DNA of 64,000 nucleotides. Source: Octopus vulgaris. Lineage: Eukaryota. Shown piece after piece: positions 27,674 through 41,691 of the stretch. The DNA lies in NCBI GenBank assembly GCA_951406725.2, contig OX597831.1, forward strand, positions 72,354,001-72,418,000. The letters run 5' to 3'. The notes beneath the pieces were generated by a model that worked only from the letters and a program-made list of their open reading frames with translations, had not been told where the DNA came from and searched no databases. Made by a program: the position numbers and the translations under genes. Numbering within the stretch: position 1 is the first letter of the stretch; each line of letters begins with the position of its first letter.

Positions 27674-29066
27674 TCAACGAGGAGTTTGCATATTAAGTTG
27701 TGTTTGGAATTTTTCAATAAAGAGATTCTCCTTGTTAATTCTCTCCTGTGTGGTGATCCCGTCTTTACATTGGTAGAAGGGGAATATATAGAATTTGGGG
27801 TTTAAGTCTTTAGCACATGAGTCTAAGTGGTCACTCAGTGGAATTTGTCGGTATTCCGGGAGATTTATTTGTTCTTTATGCACCGTTACTCGTTTACGTA
27901 ACGGGAGACTCGTTTGTCCAACATAATTATGTTGGCAACCAGCGCATGTGAGAACGTAGATAAGGTTCTCGGAGGAACAGGAGAAGTTAGTCTTGATTTT
28001 AAACTTCGTACCTTGTTTGAAGGTAAATTCAGAGCCTTCAAGTAGAAAGGGGCAGGTACCACAGTTTGAGCGTGCACATTTTTTTACTGTTGGGGGTGGA
28101 TGTGGTGTGTGAAGTTTGGCATTTGTCAAGAGTTTTTTTAAAGATTTGTGTTGCCTTTTGCATTTGAGGATTTTGTGTGTATTTATAATGTTTTTCATTT
28201 TTGGGTCTGTTGACAGTAGACTGAGGTTTTGTATGATTGTGGTGTATGCTTCGATATTTTTGGGGTTGTGGGTGGAAATGTATGGAAGTATTTTGAGGTT
28301 GTGTGTGGTGTTAGGTTGGGTGGTTTTCAGTGTAGTGTTGTCTAGTTCTTTGGCGCGTTTTATTCCATACTCTATAAGGGTGGAGGGATATTGACGTTGT
28401 AATAGTGTTTTTTTGAGGTCTTGAAGGCGTATTTCTCGTGTTTTTGGATCCGAGACAATGGTGCATACCCTTTTAGCTAAATTGAAAGGGATATTTGTCT
28501 TGGTGTGTTTTGGGTGGCATGAACTAAAGAGGAGGTATTGTTGTGAGTCTGTAGGTTTGTGGTAGATGTCTGTTATGATTTGGTTCTTAGGTGTTTTTAT
28601 AATTAGGAGATCAAGGAATGGGAGATGATGTTTGCTTAATTCCATAGTGAATTGGATGTTGGGATGTATGTTGTTTAGTATGGTTTTGAATTCCAGGAGT
28701 TTTTCATAAGGTTCTTTCCATATGATGAAACAATCATCTAAATACCTTTTCCAGTTTTCCATTAGGTAGGTGTGGAAAACATGTCCAAATTTCTGGCTTG
28801 ATATTTCATAGAGTGACAGTTCGAAGTAACCCATTATGAGGTTCGCAAGGACTGGTGCAGCCTTGGTACCCATCGCAATGCCACATTTTTGACGGTAGTG
28901 TGTGTCGTCGAAGAGAAAAAAATTGTTTATCAGAATAAACTTAAGAGATTCTGTAATAAAAGACTTGTTAATGCGGTCAAGGAATGTCGCTGGGTGTTTT
29001 TCTAGCCAGAAGTCAATTGCCTCTATACCATACTCATGTGGAATGTTGGTGTAGAGGTTGATGACA
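27674..29066 (-). CDS. Penelope-like RT plus GIY-YIG endonuclease, N-terminally truncated, open frame
   Basis: LYTNIPH, YRQKCGIAMG, WKRYLDDCF, LPFLDLLI, YHKPTDS..SCHP, Cys linker KCARSNCGTC, LIYVLTCAGCQHNYVGQT..RVTVH; the first ~16 aa of the listed 479-aa ORF come from the inverted arm. Confidence 0.92.
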
Positions 29067-29611
29067 TTATATTCTTTAAATATCATTTTTACTATTGTTG
29101 TTATTACTATCATTTTTATTATTAATGATATGACAATTTGAAATGCAATTGTCTATGCAGATTTATATTATTAGAAAATAATATAAATAAAGTGTTAAAA
29201 TCTGAAAGTTAAGTTAACAAGCAATTATATAAAAAAGATAATGCAAATGAAGCTAAAATGATAGTTTTATAATTTGGGTTTTATTGAAGAACTCAAAAGA
29301 GTTGTCTCCCCTTACTCACAACACAGGAACTGAAAAACCAGGACCACAATTACTACTACTTCCTGTCCTGCAAACATGCTGAATTTAACAACACAACACA
29401 ACACAAGCTCTTAATCCCTTTGGATCTTAACACCTCAAGGTAATTTTTTCGTAAACAACCATAAAACTCAAGATACACAACGAACTCACAATGTATCGGA
29501 GAACTTATTTTTTAATTTTTGTACATTTTTATCATTATTCTTTTACAAAAAACAATGCAATTTTCTTTTTTTCCCCTTTCTAATTTTTAAAAAAACTTCT
29601 TAAAACATAAA

Positions 29612-29652
29612 TATTCTTGACAAGTCATACAATGACGAAAACCGGTTGAATA
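29612..29652 (+). ncRNA. Second copy of the hammerhead motif in the inverted arm
   Basis: tattcttgacaagtcatacaatgacgaaaaccggttgaata on the plus strand. Confidence 0.75.
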
Positions 29653-29738
29653 AATATATATTTATATATTTTATCATTTTCTCATTTTATTAAAATTTTC
29701 TTTCATTTGAGCATTCTGCATTTTTGAAAAAAATTTTT

Positions 29739-29793
<55 letters not shown>

Positions 29794-29882
29794 CATTTAT
29801 ATATATATACATACATTTATATATATATACATACATTTATATATATATACATACATTTATATATATATACATACATATATAT

Positions 29883-30007
<125 letters not shown>

Positions 30008-30657
30008 CAATAATAATAAAGGGTAAAATTAATTAATTAGTAATTAATAATTTCACCAAGTAGTATTCGGCATGTTAAAAGGACCATTTTCGGTAAATTT
30101 AAACAATATTCTTTTATAATTATGGGTATTATTATAACTAGGGTTCAGCAAAAAATTTGCTTAACCACATACCGAACTTTAGAAATAGCAGCCAAAAAAC
30201 TTAGCTATTTCTTCTACTATAAGAAGCAACTCCCAGACAAACATATGACTTATCTACTCCCCACGAAATTACTAGTACGTACCAAAATTTGAAACCAATA
30301 TGAACTAGTGAGCATTAAACTCTTTCTTTTCTTTTTATTTCATTTTTTTTGTATGGTTAAAGGTGAAGTTTCAAATATACATTTATAGTGCAAAAAAGCA
30401 ATTCTTGAAATTTTGTTAAATATTTTCCTCCAACGAATGTGTCATAGAAATGTAGGTGGCAGCTGGCAGAATCGTTAGCGACATTGACCTCACTAGTCAA
30501 ATAGCGTTCGCAACATCTTGACCACTGTCCGTCTTTTCAAACTATGATCACAAATAAACGAAGAATATATGACAACGGTCATTTTTAGTAGTATTTCTTC
30601 CTGTTCTTTAACGTCCTGGGGATAAATTCTCCCGAAGTCGACTTTGCCTTTCATACC

Positions 30658-30935
30658 TTTTTTTTCACGCTGAGAGTTGCTGAAGCATGGAACAAACTGC
30701 CGGCATCAGTTGTTAGTTGTCGGAGCACTGCATCCTTCAAAACTTCTATGCTTTCTGAGATTCGCCAACACTACACTTGATTTTCTCCCCTCCATACACA
30801 CACAAGCATGTATCTGACTCATACATTGTTCGCTTTCCAGACATTTGCACATTACTGCATGTGCATTATATGCACTGTCTGATAAGTTGTGGTGCACCTG
30901 AGCACTGTATACAATAATTTCATTATTATTATTTT
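30658..30935 (+). mobile_element. 3' end of a CR1-type LINE inserted in a SINE A copy
   Basis: FFTLRVAEAWNKLPASVVSCRSTASFK C-terminus, short UTR, (att)n tail; splits gcctttcat..tcgaggtcgataaa. Confidence 0.8.
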
Positions 30936-31862
30936 ACATTCGAGGTCGATAAAAGGAAGTACTAGTCGAGTACTGGCATCAATATAATGGACTTGCCCTC
31001 TCCCGCGAAGTTACTGGTTTTGTGCCAAAATTTCAAATCAATATTTAAACTGTTTGGCTAAGGAGGCGAGCTGGCGGAACCGTGAGCAAACGGAGCAAAA
31101 CGCTTATTGGCATTTCATCTGTCTTTATGTTCTGAGTTCAAAATTCTGCCGAGATCAACTTTGCCTTTCATCCTCTCAGGGTCGCTAAAATGAGTACCAG
31201 TTGGGCACTCGAACCGATATAATCGATTTACCCCGCCCAAAATTTCTGGCCTTGTGCCAAATCTTGAAACCAATTATAAACAGACTGAGTACGCACCTGC
31301 GATTCTCGCTGCACAGAAGCTAAATGTAACTCAAGTGTTGTTGAAAGTATGTTTTTCGGTTGTTATACCCTCATGTTCTCTCAGGAGATTAGAACTCAAA
31401 AACCTTCAGAAACGATTTCTCATATAGGGGTCAATTCATATCCTATGTGGTATGCTACATAAATGTAAATGATTTATCGGTCATAGTTAAAGTTAATCTT
31501 TTCTTAAATCACAAAACTCCTGAGGCTGTGATAATGTTAAGCTGATGTTGAACAACATTTTTTCCCACCTCTCTTTTTGTCTATTTCAAGCTAACAGCTG
31601 CAATTCTAGAAAAATTGTGTGGGTGCTTGCTTATACATATGTACTGTATGTATATATTTTGAAAATATTTTACTTGTTTTAGCCATAAAACTTGGACTTT
31701 TCCGGGGCTCCGTCTTGAAGACTTTAGTCGCAAAAAAATAAAATAATTGCAGTATTTATTTTTAAAGTCTGATGTTTATTTCTTTTTTGCTGGATCTCTA
31801 AGTTACGGGTTCGAAGACAAACTAATTTCGTTTGTCAAGCGTTGTGGGTGATAACTACCTAC

Positions 31863-31895
<33 letters not shown>

Positions 31896-32059
31896 ACGTA
31901 AACAAACACACGCACCCATCCATCCTTACATCATACATACATATACGACAGGCTTTCGCACAGTTTCCATGTACCAAACTGAGTCACCAAGCAATGGTTG
32001 ACTCGAGGTTATAGAAGACACTTGCCCAAGGTGCAACGCAGTAGGAGCGAAGTGAGAGT

Positions 32060-32116
<57 letters not shown>

Positions 32117-33099
32117 TGTGTGTGTGTGTGCGCGCGCGCGCGCGCACACATTAAATTTCGAATTCAAGTCAGCTCTAATAATGTAAATAATATCGGTCGC
32201 ACATACATAGGTTATGTATTTTGCTTATGCGACAATTTACTGCAGGGTAGCTCATGGGAAAGCTCCCTACACGAGGTAGAGGGTTCAAAAGCACCGAATG
32301 TCCCAGACAGGCGAGACAACACACTCGAAGTGACCGACAACGTTTGATGTCGACATTTCGCTATGATTTTAGCTCCTCAGTACTTTATACTCGATTCACC
32401 TCGAAACGAATTGAATCACCGGCGTGGGACATTTTATGCATATAGGGTGCTGTTTTGGCGTGTGATCTGTAACCAAAAGGGAGATTACTTTAGGTTAGTT
32501 TTTAGTATATTTTTCAATTTACAAAAACACTCGACATGTTGCCGAAAGATTTCGTTTCATTAAAAATAAAAGCCTCGGATTTTTTGCGTGGAATCAAGTA
32601 CCCTGACTTCCTTATGTGCCGCAGACCCCTTATTTTTGTTCGGAAAAAATGGGAAAATTTTTTTTTCATTGAATGAATTACTTTTTGGTCCGGAAAACGT
32701 GGGATGAGGTGGTATCCTCGGAAATTTCACTTCTCCCCTTGCCAGAAAGAGAGAGAGAGAGAGAAAGAATAAAAGTTCTCTCTACAGAGAAGCGATTTAA
32801 AATAAATATATCTTAATTGTTGTGTGAGGAAATATATATATTCTGATGATAAAATATTGTATCTTTTAAAAACATCCTTAATTTACAGACTATATCTTGT
32901 GTGTTTAAGAGAAAAAAATCATTTATTTCCCTTCCACAGTACTATGTGTGTGAGAGAGAGAGAGAAGAGGAGAGAGAGAAGAAGGAGAGAAAAGTGAGAG
33001 GGGGAGGAAGGGGTGAGAATCATAAAAATAGGAAAGCGGCATTTGTGGAGCTGTCCTTACGGAGTGATAATGTCTTGCGCAGGCTGTGTATTTAAATAT

Positions 33100-34050
33100 T
33101 ATATTTGCATCCGTGAATTTTATGAGGATGACGGAAAAGAGATCGGATTCTTTCGGAAGCATGGTATCCTGCCCACTAATGTGATATGCCGTATCACAGT
33201 CGGAGTGAATGCGCGTTTAGAAAGGATCAACATCCCTGGTGATGCAGAAGGGGTTACGCTGTCGCTAAATCTAAAAAAAAACGACGTCAGTGTGACTATT
33301 CTGTATCGGACTTTAAAGGGTCCTTTCTTCATACTGCACACATTCCTCCGTGGAAAATCGTTCTTTCCCTAAACGAATTTCTGAGACCTTAATTGATAAG
33401 ATCTTAATTGTACGCCGGAAATACGGGAGGGGTCAAATTCTGATCCAAGTTTGGTTATTTGGTGGGATAGAGCGAACCAGTAAGCGTCGTTTTGTTGTGC
33501 CAGTTATTAACAAGAAGCGTGACAATGCAACATTTGGTTCCTCTGATCAAGGCATATATCAAACCTGGCTCAGTTATTTGTAGTGATTCTGGCGCTGCCT
33601 ACAAGAATTTAAGCAGTTTGGATTAACACCATTGTGTGATAAACCATTCTGAAAATTTCATTAATGAAACGCATACACACAAACACACACAAAACACTGA
33701 ACGTTTGTGGAGGGACATCAAAGAGTGGATAAGAAGGCCAGGTATTCGGTGAAAATATTTGCGTCAGTACCTGGCCAGATATTTATTTATCTCCTCGGAG
33801 AAAAATAAAGCACTTTTACTCCACAATGTTTTTCGAGAGGCAGCCCAGTTATATATACCCCGCTTAGACCAGCCGCGTCCTTCGACTACATAAGCACAAT
33901 TCCAGGTACCCAGTTCTAACCGTAGCCCTAAACTCTAAATTCGTTTACAGCAGTATGGTGTAATAGTAAATAAATACCAAAATCTCGTGATTTTAATGGG
34001 TGCATCCAGTAGGTTTTCCGTCATCCTCATAAACGTCATGGATGCGAAAA
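33100..34050 (+). mobile_element. Merlin / IS1595 (ISXO2-like) DDE transposase remnant
   Basis: RRKYGRGQ..VWLFGGIERTSKRRFVVPV..RDNAT, then in shifted frames IKPGSVICSD, INHSENF, HTQNTERLWRDIK, LRQYLARYLF. Confidence 0.85.
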
Positions 34051-35749
34051 AACAAAACCGACGTATACGACAGGTATGTAAAACATATTTCTGTGTACTT
34101 TTCTCTGTTTATTTAGATAAGCTGTACAAATCGCCTGTTTTTCTCCCCAAGCTTTACCCAGATCGGGAGTTAAAGCCGGCAGTGCAAGATCATGAAACGT
34201 TCATCAATGTAACAATTAGTGCACGATGATAGCCAGGCAACAAGCAATTAATTAGTTAATTCTATTTAAGAAGACTTTTATAGTTTTACTGTAAAAGATT
34301 GTGTTGTTTTTTCCTTAAGTAATAATTCGAAACGAGAACATACTGATTTAATAATCGAAGGCTCTTGATTCCAGTTTTGTTTGACCTCATTCAACTCTGA
34401 TGTAGTCAGAACGATATATGAGTGAGGTCGGCGCATGTTTTAAAACTGACGCTTCATGACCAGATGCATTTAAGCTTAACGGTTGATGTGAAGTAGGCGC
34501 AATAACGATACAACTAACGTTGACGAAGTCGGTGCATTTTTTCAATACTAGACATAAATTTCATAAACCACAAAATACAAATATCTACACTACCACACTT
34601 GAAACGTATCTTTATCTCGTTTTAAATGTAGGTGTTTAGAATGCCCAAACTTATTTCTGTAAATGTGCTAAGCACTGATCCTGATCATAGTTTAATCAAT
34701 AAGCGTAGGAGAGATGTAAATGCAGCAAAAATAGGGGGCTCAGTGGGGCCCCATTTAAGCGGCCCTTCAGAAATTGAACCTCCTTACAATACTTCTTGGG
34801 AGTTCATGGTTTGAAATTCATTGTCATTGCTCCGATTTGGTCGCCAATGCTATGTATTTAGTTTAAAATGTAGTAAAAATAGGGGTGTCAGTGGGGCCCC
34901 AATTAGGTGGCCCTTAAAAAATAGACCCTCTTAGGTCATTCCCTGGGATTAGGGGAGTTGCTGGTTTGAATTTCGCTGTCCTTGTACCAACTGACAAAGA
35001 GAAGTTAACAAACACAAAAACGTAATTTATAATAGGATATAGTTTATTTTACGATAGATGTGTGAGAAAGGCGCATTTCTTTTTGAATGAACAAAACATT
35101 TGTATGACCGACGCACTTTTCAAAAACTAACAGTACGTGTGTAAGGTCGATACTTATGTGAGGTCAGTACATTTATTGACGTATAATGACACTCGTGCGA
35201 GGTGGGCACATTTTCTTTTAATCAACGATACAGGTTTGGGGTCAGCTCACTGACACTATACTTTCAAACTAGACATAAAGCACGAATGCAGAAATATTTT
35301 TTTACAAAAACCTTCATAAAAAAAGATTAAGCACGAATACAGTCTTAATAAAACATGCATAATGCGGCGAACTGGCAGAACTGTTGGCCCATCAGACAGA
35401 ATACTTACCAGCAACCGAGGTCGACTTATCCTTTTATCTTTTCGGTGTCGAATACATCTGGCAGAATTGTTAGCGTGTCCGACAGAGTGCCTACTGCTAT
35501 TTCTTCCGGATCTATACGTTTTGAGTTCAAATCCACCGGCGGTCAATTGTGCTTTTCATCAATTCAAGGACGCGATAAAATAAGTATCAGTCCAATACTG
35601 GGGGTCGATGCAATTCACTTGCCTCCTCCTCTAAAAATTGCTGGCCTTGTGCTAACATTAGAAAGAATTACCATCAGTATATTTGGGTTTTAACTTCAGT
35701 ATTTTTGTACTGGTTGCTTTGGTCAAAACTCTCTCTCTCTCTCTCTCAC

Positions 35750-35819
<70 letters not shown>

Positions 35820-35976
35820 ACACAAACGTACATACATACAAGCATTTCAGCTTCATACTTATTATTATTGGAGCAACGAGATGCATACCGACCCGTCTGG
35901 AGCAAAGTATGGCTGAACTTGGGTCTTGGAGAGAGAATGCAAATCCTTAACTCAAAAACTACAAATGGTCACGATA

Positions 35977-36038
35977 CGAGGGGGGTTCAATAAGTAATGC
36001 CCCTGACCCACTTGCAGTTGTTTGATCTAGCTGAAATT
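35977..36038 (+). mobile_element. Orphan left end of mariner family M1
   Basis: ta-cgaggggggttcaataagtaatgcccctgacccacttgc duplicates the TIR at 36117. Confidence 0.85.
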
Positions 36039-36116
36039 GCTGTACTTTTTAAGATTTTGAAAACCTTTTGTTGAAACTATTTTTTACTAATATCTGGACT
36101 GATTTGAATGAATCTA

Positions 36117-37349
36117 CGAGGGACGTTCAATAAGTAATGCCCCTGACTCACTTGCGTTTGGTTGATCTAGCTGAAATTTTGCATGTGCACTTATTTATAC
36201 CTCTATAGATTAAGTGGCGAATTACAGCTCTGAGTCAAGTGTGAAATGGAGCCTGTTGAGTGTCGAGCAGTGATCTGGTTTTTGTATTTGAAAGGACGCA
36301 CACCACGAGAGACTTTTGATGAAATAAAAGTAACTTATGGTGATGATGCCCCATCATATGACCTTGTAAAACGCTGGCATTGTGAATTCAAACATAGTCG
36401 GAACTCTGTGGAAACAGCTCCCAGATCTGGTCGACCCCCTTCTGCCATTGATGAGGCATCTGTCCGTCAAGTTGAGGCTGCCATTTTGGAAGGTCAACGC
36501 ATAACTATTCGCCAAATAGCCCATAAGGTCAAGATTAGTACCGGGTCTGTGGAAACTATCATTCATGACCATTTGCATATGCAAAAGGTGTCTGCCAGAT
36601 GGATTTCCAGGTTGCTCACACCTTTCCAGAAGCAAGAACGCGTTGAGTGCTCGAGGATGAATTTGGAGATGTGCCAAGAAGATGAGTCAAAATTTTTCAA
36701 AAGACTGATCACACAGGATAAAACCTGGGTCCATCACTATGATCCATAGACCAAAGCCCAGTCAATGCAGTGAAAGCACCGTGACTCACCTCTTTCAAAG
36801 AAGGCAAGGGTGCAGCCCTCCGCTGACAAGGTTATGCTCACAGTCTTCTGGGACCAGGACGGAGTAGTGATGACAGATTTCCTGGCAAAGGGTACCACAA
36901 TTACAGGAGCCTATTATGCTTCACTTTTGAGGAAATTAAGAGAAGCTATCAAAATCAAGAGGCGGGGCAAGATCAGCAAAGGCATCCTCCTCCTGCAGGA
37001 CAACGCTCCGGTCCACAACTCGCGTGTCGCTAGATCAGAAGCAAAGGCGTGCAGATTTGAACTCCTCCCTTTGCACCCTCTGATTTTCACCTCTTCCCAG
37101 CCATGAAGTTGATTTTGAAAGGAAAGCGTTTCCCAGATGATGCAGCCTTGATTTCTGAAGTCACGTCGTGGTTGGAGGACCAAGCTGGGGTCTTTTAGAA
37201 AAACGGTCTCCAGAGCTGTATCAAACGATGGGAGAAATGCATAACTCTGGGTGGTTCCTATGTAGGAAAAGACTAATAACTGTGCCAAGTGTCGTTGCTC
37301 TACTGCTATGGGAAGTGGGTCAGGGGCATTACTTATTGAACGCCCCCCG
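36117..37349 (+). mobile_element. mariner family M1 copy B, defective transposase
   Basis: Both TIRs with TA flanks; ORF 36246-36749 nearly identical to 22099-22602; PYSPD motif deleted. Confidence 0.95.
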
Positions 37350-37489
37350 TATCTGGGACTATGAAAATCTGCAAGACCTTCTTAAGATTTTAAAGGATGA
37401 TGGTTAAAACAAGATGCTTTCTTTCACAACCTTTACTACCAAGCAGGTGGTCGGTAAAGGTTTACTCTAAAATCGAAAAGAGAAAGAGA

Positions 37490-38278
37490 ACATACATACA
37501 TACATACACACATGCATACATACATACATACATACACACATGCATACATACACACACACATGCATACATACATACATACATACATACATACATACATACA
37601 TACATACATACATACATACATACATACATACATACATACATACATACATGCATACATACATACACACACACATACATACATACACACACACATGCATACA
37701 TACATACATACATACATACATACATACACACATGCATACATACATACATACACATACATACATACAAACATACATACATACATACATACAGACAGACAGA
37801 CATACATACACACATGCATACACACATAAATACATACATACATACATACATACATGCATACATACATACATACACACATACACACACACATACACACATA
37901 CATACACACATACATACATACATACATACATACACACACACATGCATACATACATACATACACACATACATACATACATACATGCATACATACACACATG
38001 CATACATACACACACATGCATGCATACATACATATGCATACATACATACATACATACATACATACATACATACATACATACATACATACATACATACATA
38101 CATACATACATACATACATACATACATACATACATACATACACACACACATACACACATACATACACACATACATACATACATACATACATACATACATA
38201 CATACATACATACATACATGCATGCATACATACATACATACATACATACATACATACATACATACATACATACATACA

Positions 38279-38307
<29 letters not shown>
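37490..38307. repeat. ~820 bp compound (CATA)n/(CA)n microsatellite
   Basis: Low-complexity run that explains the stacked HTYI/MYVC ORFs. Confidence 0.98.
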
Positions 38308-38309
<2 letters not shown>

Positions 38310-39604
38310 CCGGCTAGAAGCGTCTATATCCGGATTACAAATTTACATTTATACCAATAATAATAGGAGCACTTGGTTTTGTCAGTAAATGCCTAACTGT
38401 CAGTCTGGATAAACTTGGATTTTCAGGAAAAGAAATCAACCAACTGAGTCGCTCACTACAAATACAATCTGTAAGAGGAACAATAATATTCTGCAAGACG
38501 TTTCTCAACTTTAAAATGCGACATTGTTTTCGTTTTCTACATTCCAAGGATGGAGCTTTGTGTCTTTGTTAGAAACCAGCTCCTTCTTCAGAGGAAGAAT
38601 TTAAATGATTAAAAACAGAAGACATACATACATACATTCATTCATTTATTCATTCATTCATTCATTCAAAACACGCACTCTTATTCAACTCGATGTCTAA
38701 GTTTTCATTACACAAGGTATTCTTCTCATTGATTTGGGGTCAAAAGGTCTGAAATTCTTATTATTTTACATAATAACCAGACATCTTATTTTAACTGAGA
38801 TCAAGTCTATCATAAACTTCACCGAATAGTCTTTGTTTTCCTCAAGTCTGTTTTCTAAAAATATGAATTATAACTCTATTTCTTCGCTTTTCTTTAATGC
38901 ATTTCTATTTAATTTTGTTTGGGCTAAAAAAATTCCTGTATCTAATTCAAATTAAAAGATTTTTCTATTTCGAATGCTTTCCTTTTTTTTCCATTTTTTA
39001 CTTTTCCTTCTTCATAAGTTTTGTCAATTGTCTGTAATTTAAAAAAAAAATTATAAAATATTGATACGTTTTAAACCAAACTGTTAAAAAAAAATACTTT
39101 GCCGTAGAATTCTTGTGAATTTGAATGTCAAATCCAGAGATTTTAGTAGTGCACTCCCTAGCATTCAAATTTGATAACTGGCCTGTTCACAAAACTAATA
39201 AATGGCATTAAATATAGCAAAATTGGAATGTTTAATTTCATTTCGGCTTTCCAGCAAGAGTTGTTAGTTTCCTCAGTTGTCATTTAAAATAAGTGTCAGA
39301 GCGACCGCAAGCTATGGAGCTAGAGTTTATTGTAATTAATAACTTGGAATATTAATGTGTATTTCAAATGTTGGCACAAGACCAGCAATTTCGAGAGAGG
39401 GGAAAAGTCGATTACATCGACCTCAGTGTTCAACAGGTACTTATTTCATCGAATTCGGGTGGATAAAAGGTTAAGTCGCCGAAGTCGACTTTGCCTTTCA
39501 TTCTTTCGAAGTCGAATTTGAACTCAAAACGTAAAGCTGGAGGAAATATCGCCAAGCATTTTGCTCGGCGTGCTAACGATTCTACCAGTTCTCCACTCTA
39601 CTTG

Positions 39605-39908
39605 TTGTTTGTTTCTTCTCGAGCCACACCCGGCTCATAAGGGCCGGGTTCCCGGTTTCCTTGGCGTATAGGTTCCTCACCTGGACGGGACGCCGGTCCG
39701 TCGCAGGTGAGCTGCAAGATGCAGGAGGAAAGAGTGAGAGAAAGTTGTGGCGAAAGAGTCAGCAGAAGTTCGCCATTACCTTCTGTTGGAGCCGCGTTTG
39801 AGCTTAGGTTTTTCGCTCATAAACACACACATCGCCCGGTCTGAGATTCGAACCCGTGATTCCTCGACCGCGAGTCCGTTGCTCTAACCACGAGGCCATG
39901 TGCCTCTA
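39605..39908 (-). mobile_element. SINE family C variant with a different 3' module
   Basis: tRNA-like head ..ggcctcgtggttagagcaacggactcgcgg..gggttcgaatctc; tail cctgcgacggaccggcgtcccgtccaggtg. Confidence 0.75.
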
Positions 39909-40457
39909 CCTACACTATACTTAAAGTATTAATATTAAGACAGGTACTAAGAAAGTGAGCTGGCAGAATCATAAACGCGCCGTAAAAAAAAAGATACAAA
40001 GCGGTATTTCTTCCGACTCTAGGTTCTGAGTTCAAATACCGCCAGGATCGATTTTACCTTTCGTCTTTCCAGAGTCAATAAAATAAGTACCAGTTGAACA
40101 CTGGGATTGATATAATCGACTAGCTCCTTGCTCTGAAATTTCTTGCCTAGTACCAAAGTTTAAAGCCAATATTGTTGTAAGTAATAAGGTGGCGAGCTGG
40201 CAGAATCGTTACCGCACCAGAAAAAATGCTTAGCGGCATTTCGTCCGTCTAAACTTTCTGACTTTTAATTCCGCTGAGGTCGACTTTGCTTTTCATTCTT
40301 TCGAGATCGATAAAGTAAGTTTCGGTTGAGAACTGAGATCGATGTAATCGATAAGGACCCTCCGTGCAAATTTCGGGCCTTGTACCTTTCCTAGAAAGAA
40401 GTACTAAACTGTTTTTAGGACAATAAAGTACTATGCCAGATCCATATTCTAATAGGA

Positions 40458-40820
40458 AGCACTCCGTCGGTTACGACGACGAGGGTTCCGGTTGATCCGA
40501 ATCAACGGAACAGCCTGCTCGTGAAATTAACGTGTAAGTGGCTGAGCACTCCACAGACACGTGTACCCTTAACATAGTTCTCGGGGATATTCAGCGTGAC
40601 ACAGAGAGTGACAAGGCCGGCCCTTTGAAATACAGGTACAACAGAAACAGGAAGTAAGAGTGAGAGAAAGTTGTGGTGAAAGAGTACAACAGGGATCACC
40701 ATCATCCCTGCCGGAGCATCGTGTTTAGGTGTTTTCGCTCAATAAACACTCACAATGCCCGGTCTGGGAATCGAAACCGCGAGTCCGCTGCCCTAACCAC
40801 TGGGCCATTGCGCCTCCACT
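40458..40820 (-). mobile_element. SINE with family C head and family E tail
   Basis: Head matches 8460-8649; tail matches about 17220-17399. Confidence 0.8.
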
Positions 40821-41691
40821 GCCAATATTCTAATATTGCTTAAGGCAAATACTAATTGTCTTCAGTTACACTGCACATGTAAATTTATAATATCGTATTA
40901 CGAAGACTAGCAGAAAGACCGCCCTCTGTAATTTAAACAAATTTAAACAAATTTCAAGGTAACCTAACAACTACGTCTAGCATTTAACAAATTAATAACG
41001 TTTATTAAACATTAAAATCTACTCCGCAACAAATATTAAAATTTAAGTTCAAAGAATCAATAAATTTCAGAAATTGATATTATAGGAAATTTCTTGGAAC
41101 ATGTATTTATAAAAAAAATTTCCAATCAGTCAAGCCTTTAATAATTGCTTTTTTTTTTTTTTAGTAACTGTTACATACCTAATTAATAAGTAGCTTTCTC
41201 CGTTATAATACAGGTGACAGTACAGAGACAAGTTAGGTAATAGCTGCTGTCATCTGAGAAGAGAATATTTGCATCTTATGAAACCTGAGAACACAGAAGA
41301 AAATACATAATACAAAATGCAATGCACAGAAATTCTCCAGTTTATTTGTAAGAGACAGATAACTGAAGTGTTTTACTACTGCACTTCAAGCGGCAGACTT
41401 ACAGAATCGTTAGCACGCCGGACAAAATGCTCAGCAACATTTTGTCCGTCTTTGCGTCCTGAATTCAAATTCCGCCAAGGTCGACTTTGCTCTTCATCTT
41501 TCAGGATCGTTAAAATGAGTGCTAGTTGAGCACTGGGTTCAATCTAATCAAGTTACCCACTCCCCAAACTTACTGGCCGTGGGCCAAAATTTGAAAACAA
41601 TTTTACTTACTGCACCCAAACTGTACTTCATAATGCTTAATATGAGCGGTGAAGCAGACAGGAATCTCCGAAAGCTATTATTTATAGAGAA

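Larger units (their letters stand above)
26868..29743 (-). mobile_element. 5'-truncated Penelope-like retroelement with inverted pseudo-LTR, inserted in (TA)n
   Basis: RT plus GIY-YIG ORF between near-identical inverted arms 26919-27585 and 29067-29743; (TA)n on both sides. Confidence 0.93.

Noticed and set aside
29067-29113. Predicted start MIVITTIVKMIFKEY of the 479-aa ORF
   Set aside because: Derived from the inverted non-coding arm; not a native N-terminus
37397-38388. Long overlapping ORFs of up to 306 aa (HTYI and MYVC repeats)
   Set aside because: Translations of a (CATA)n microsatellite
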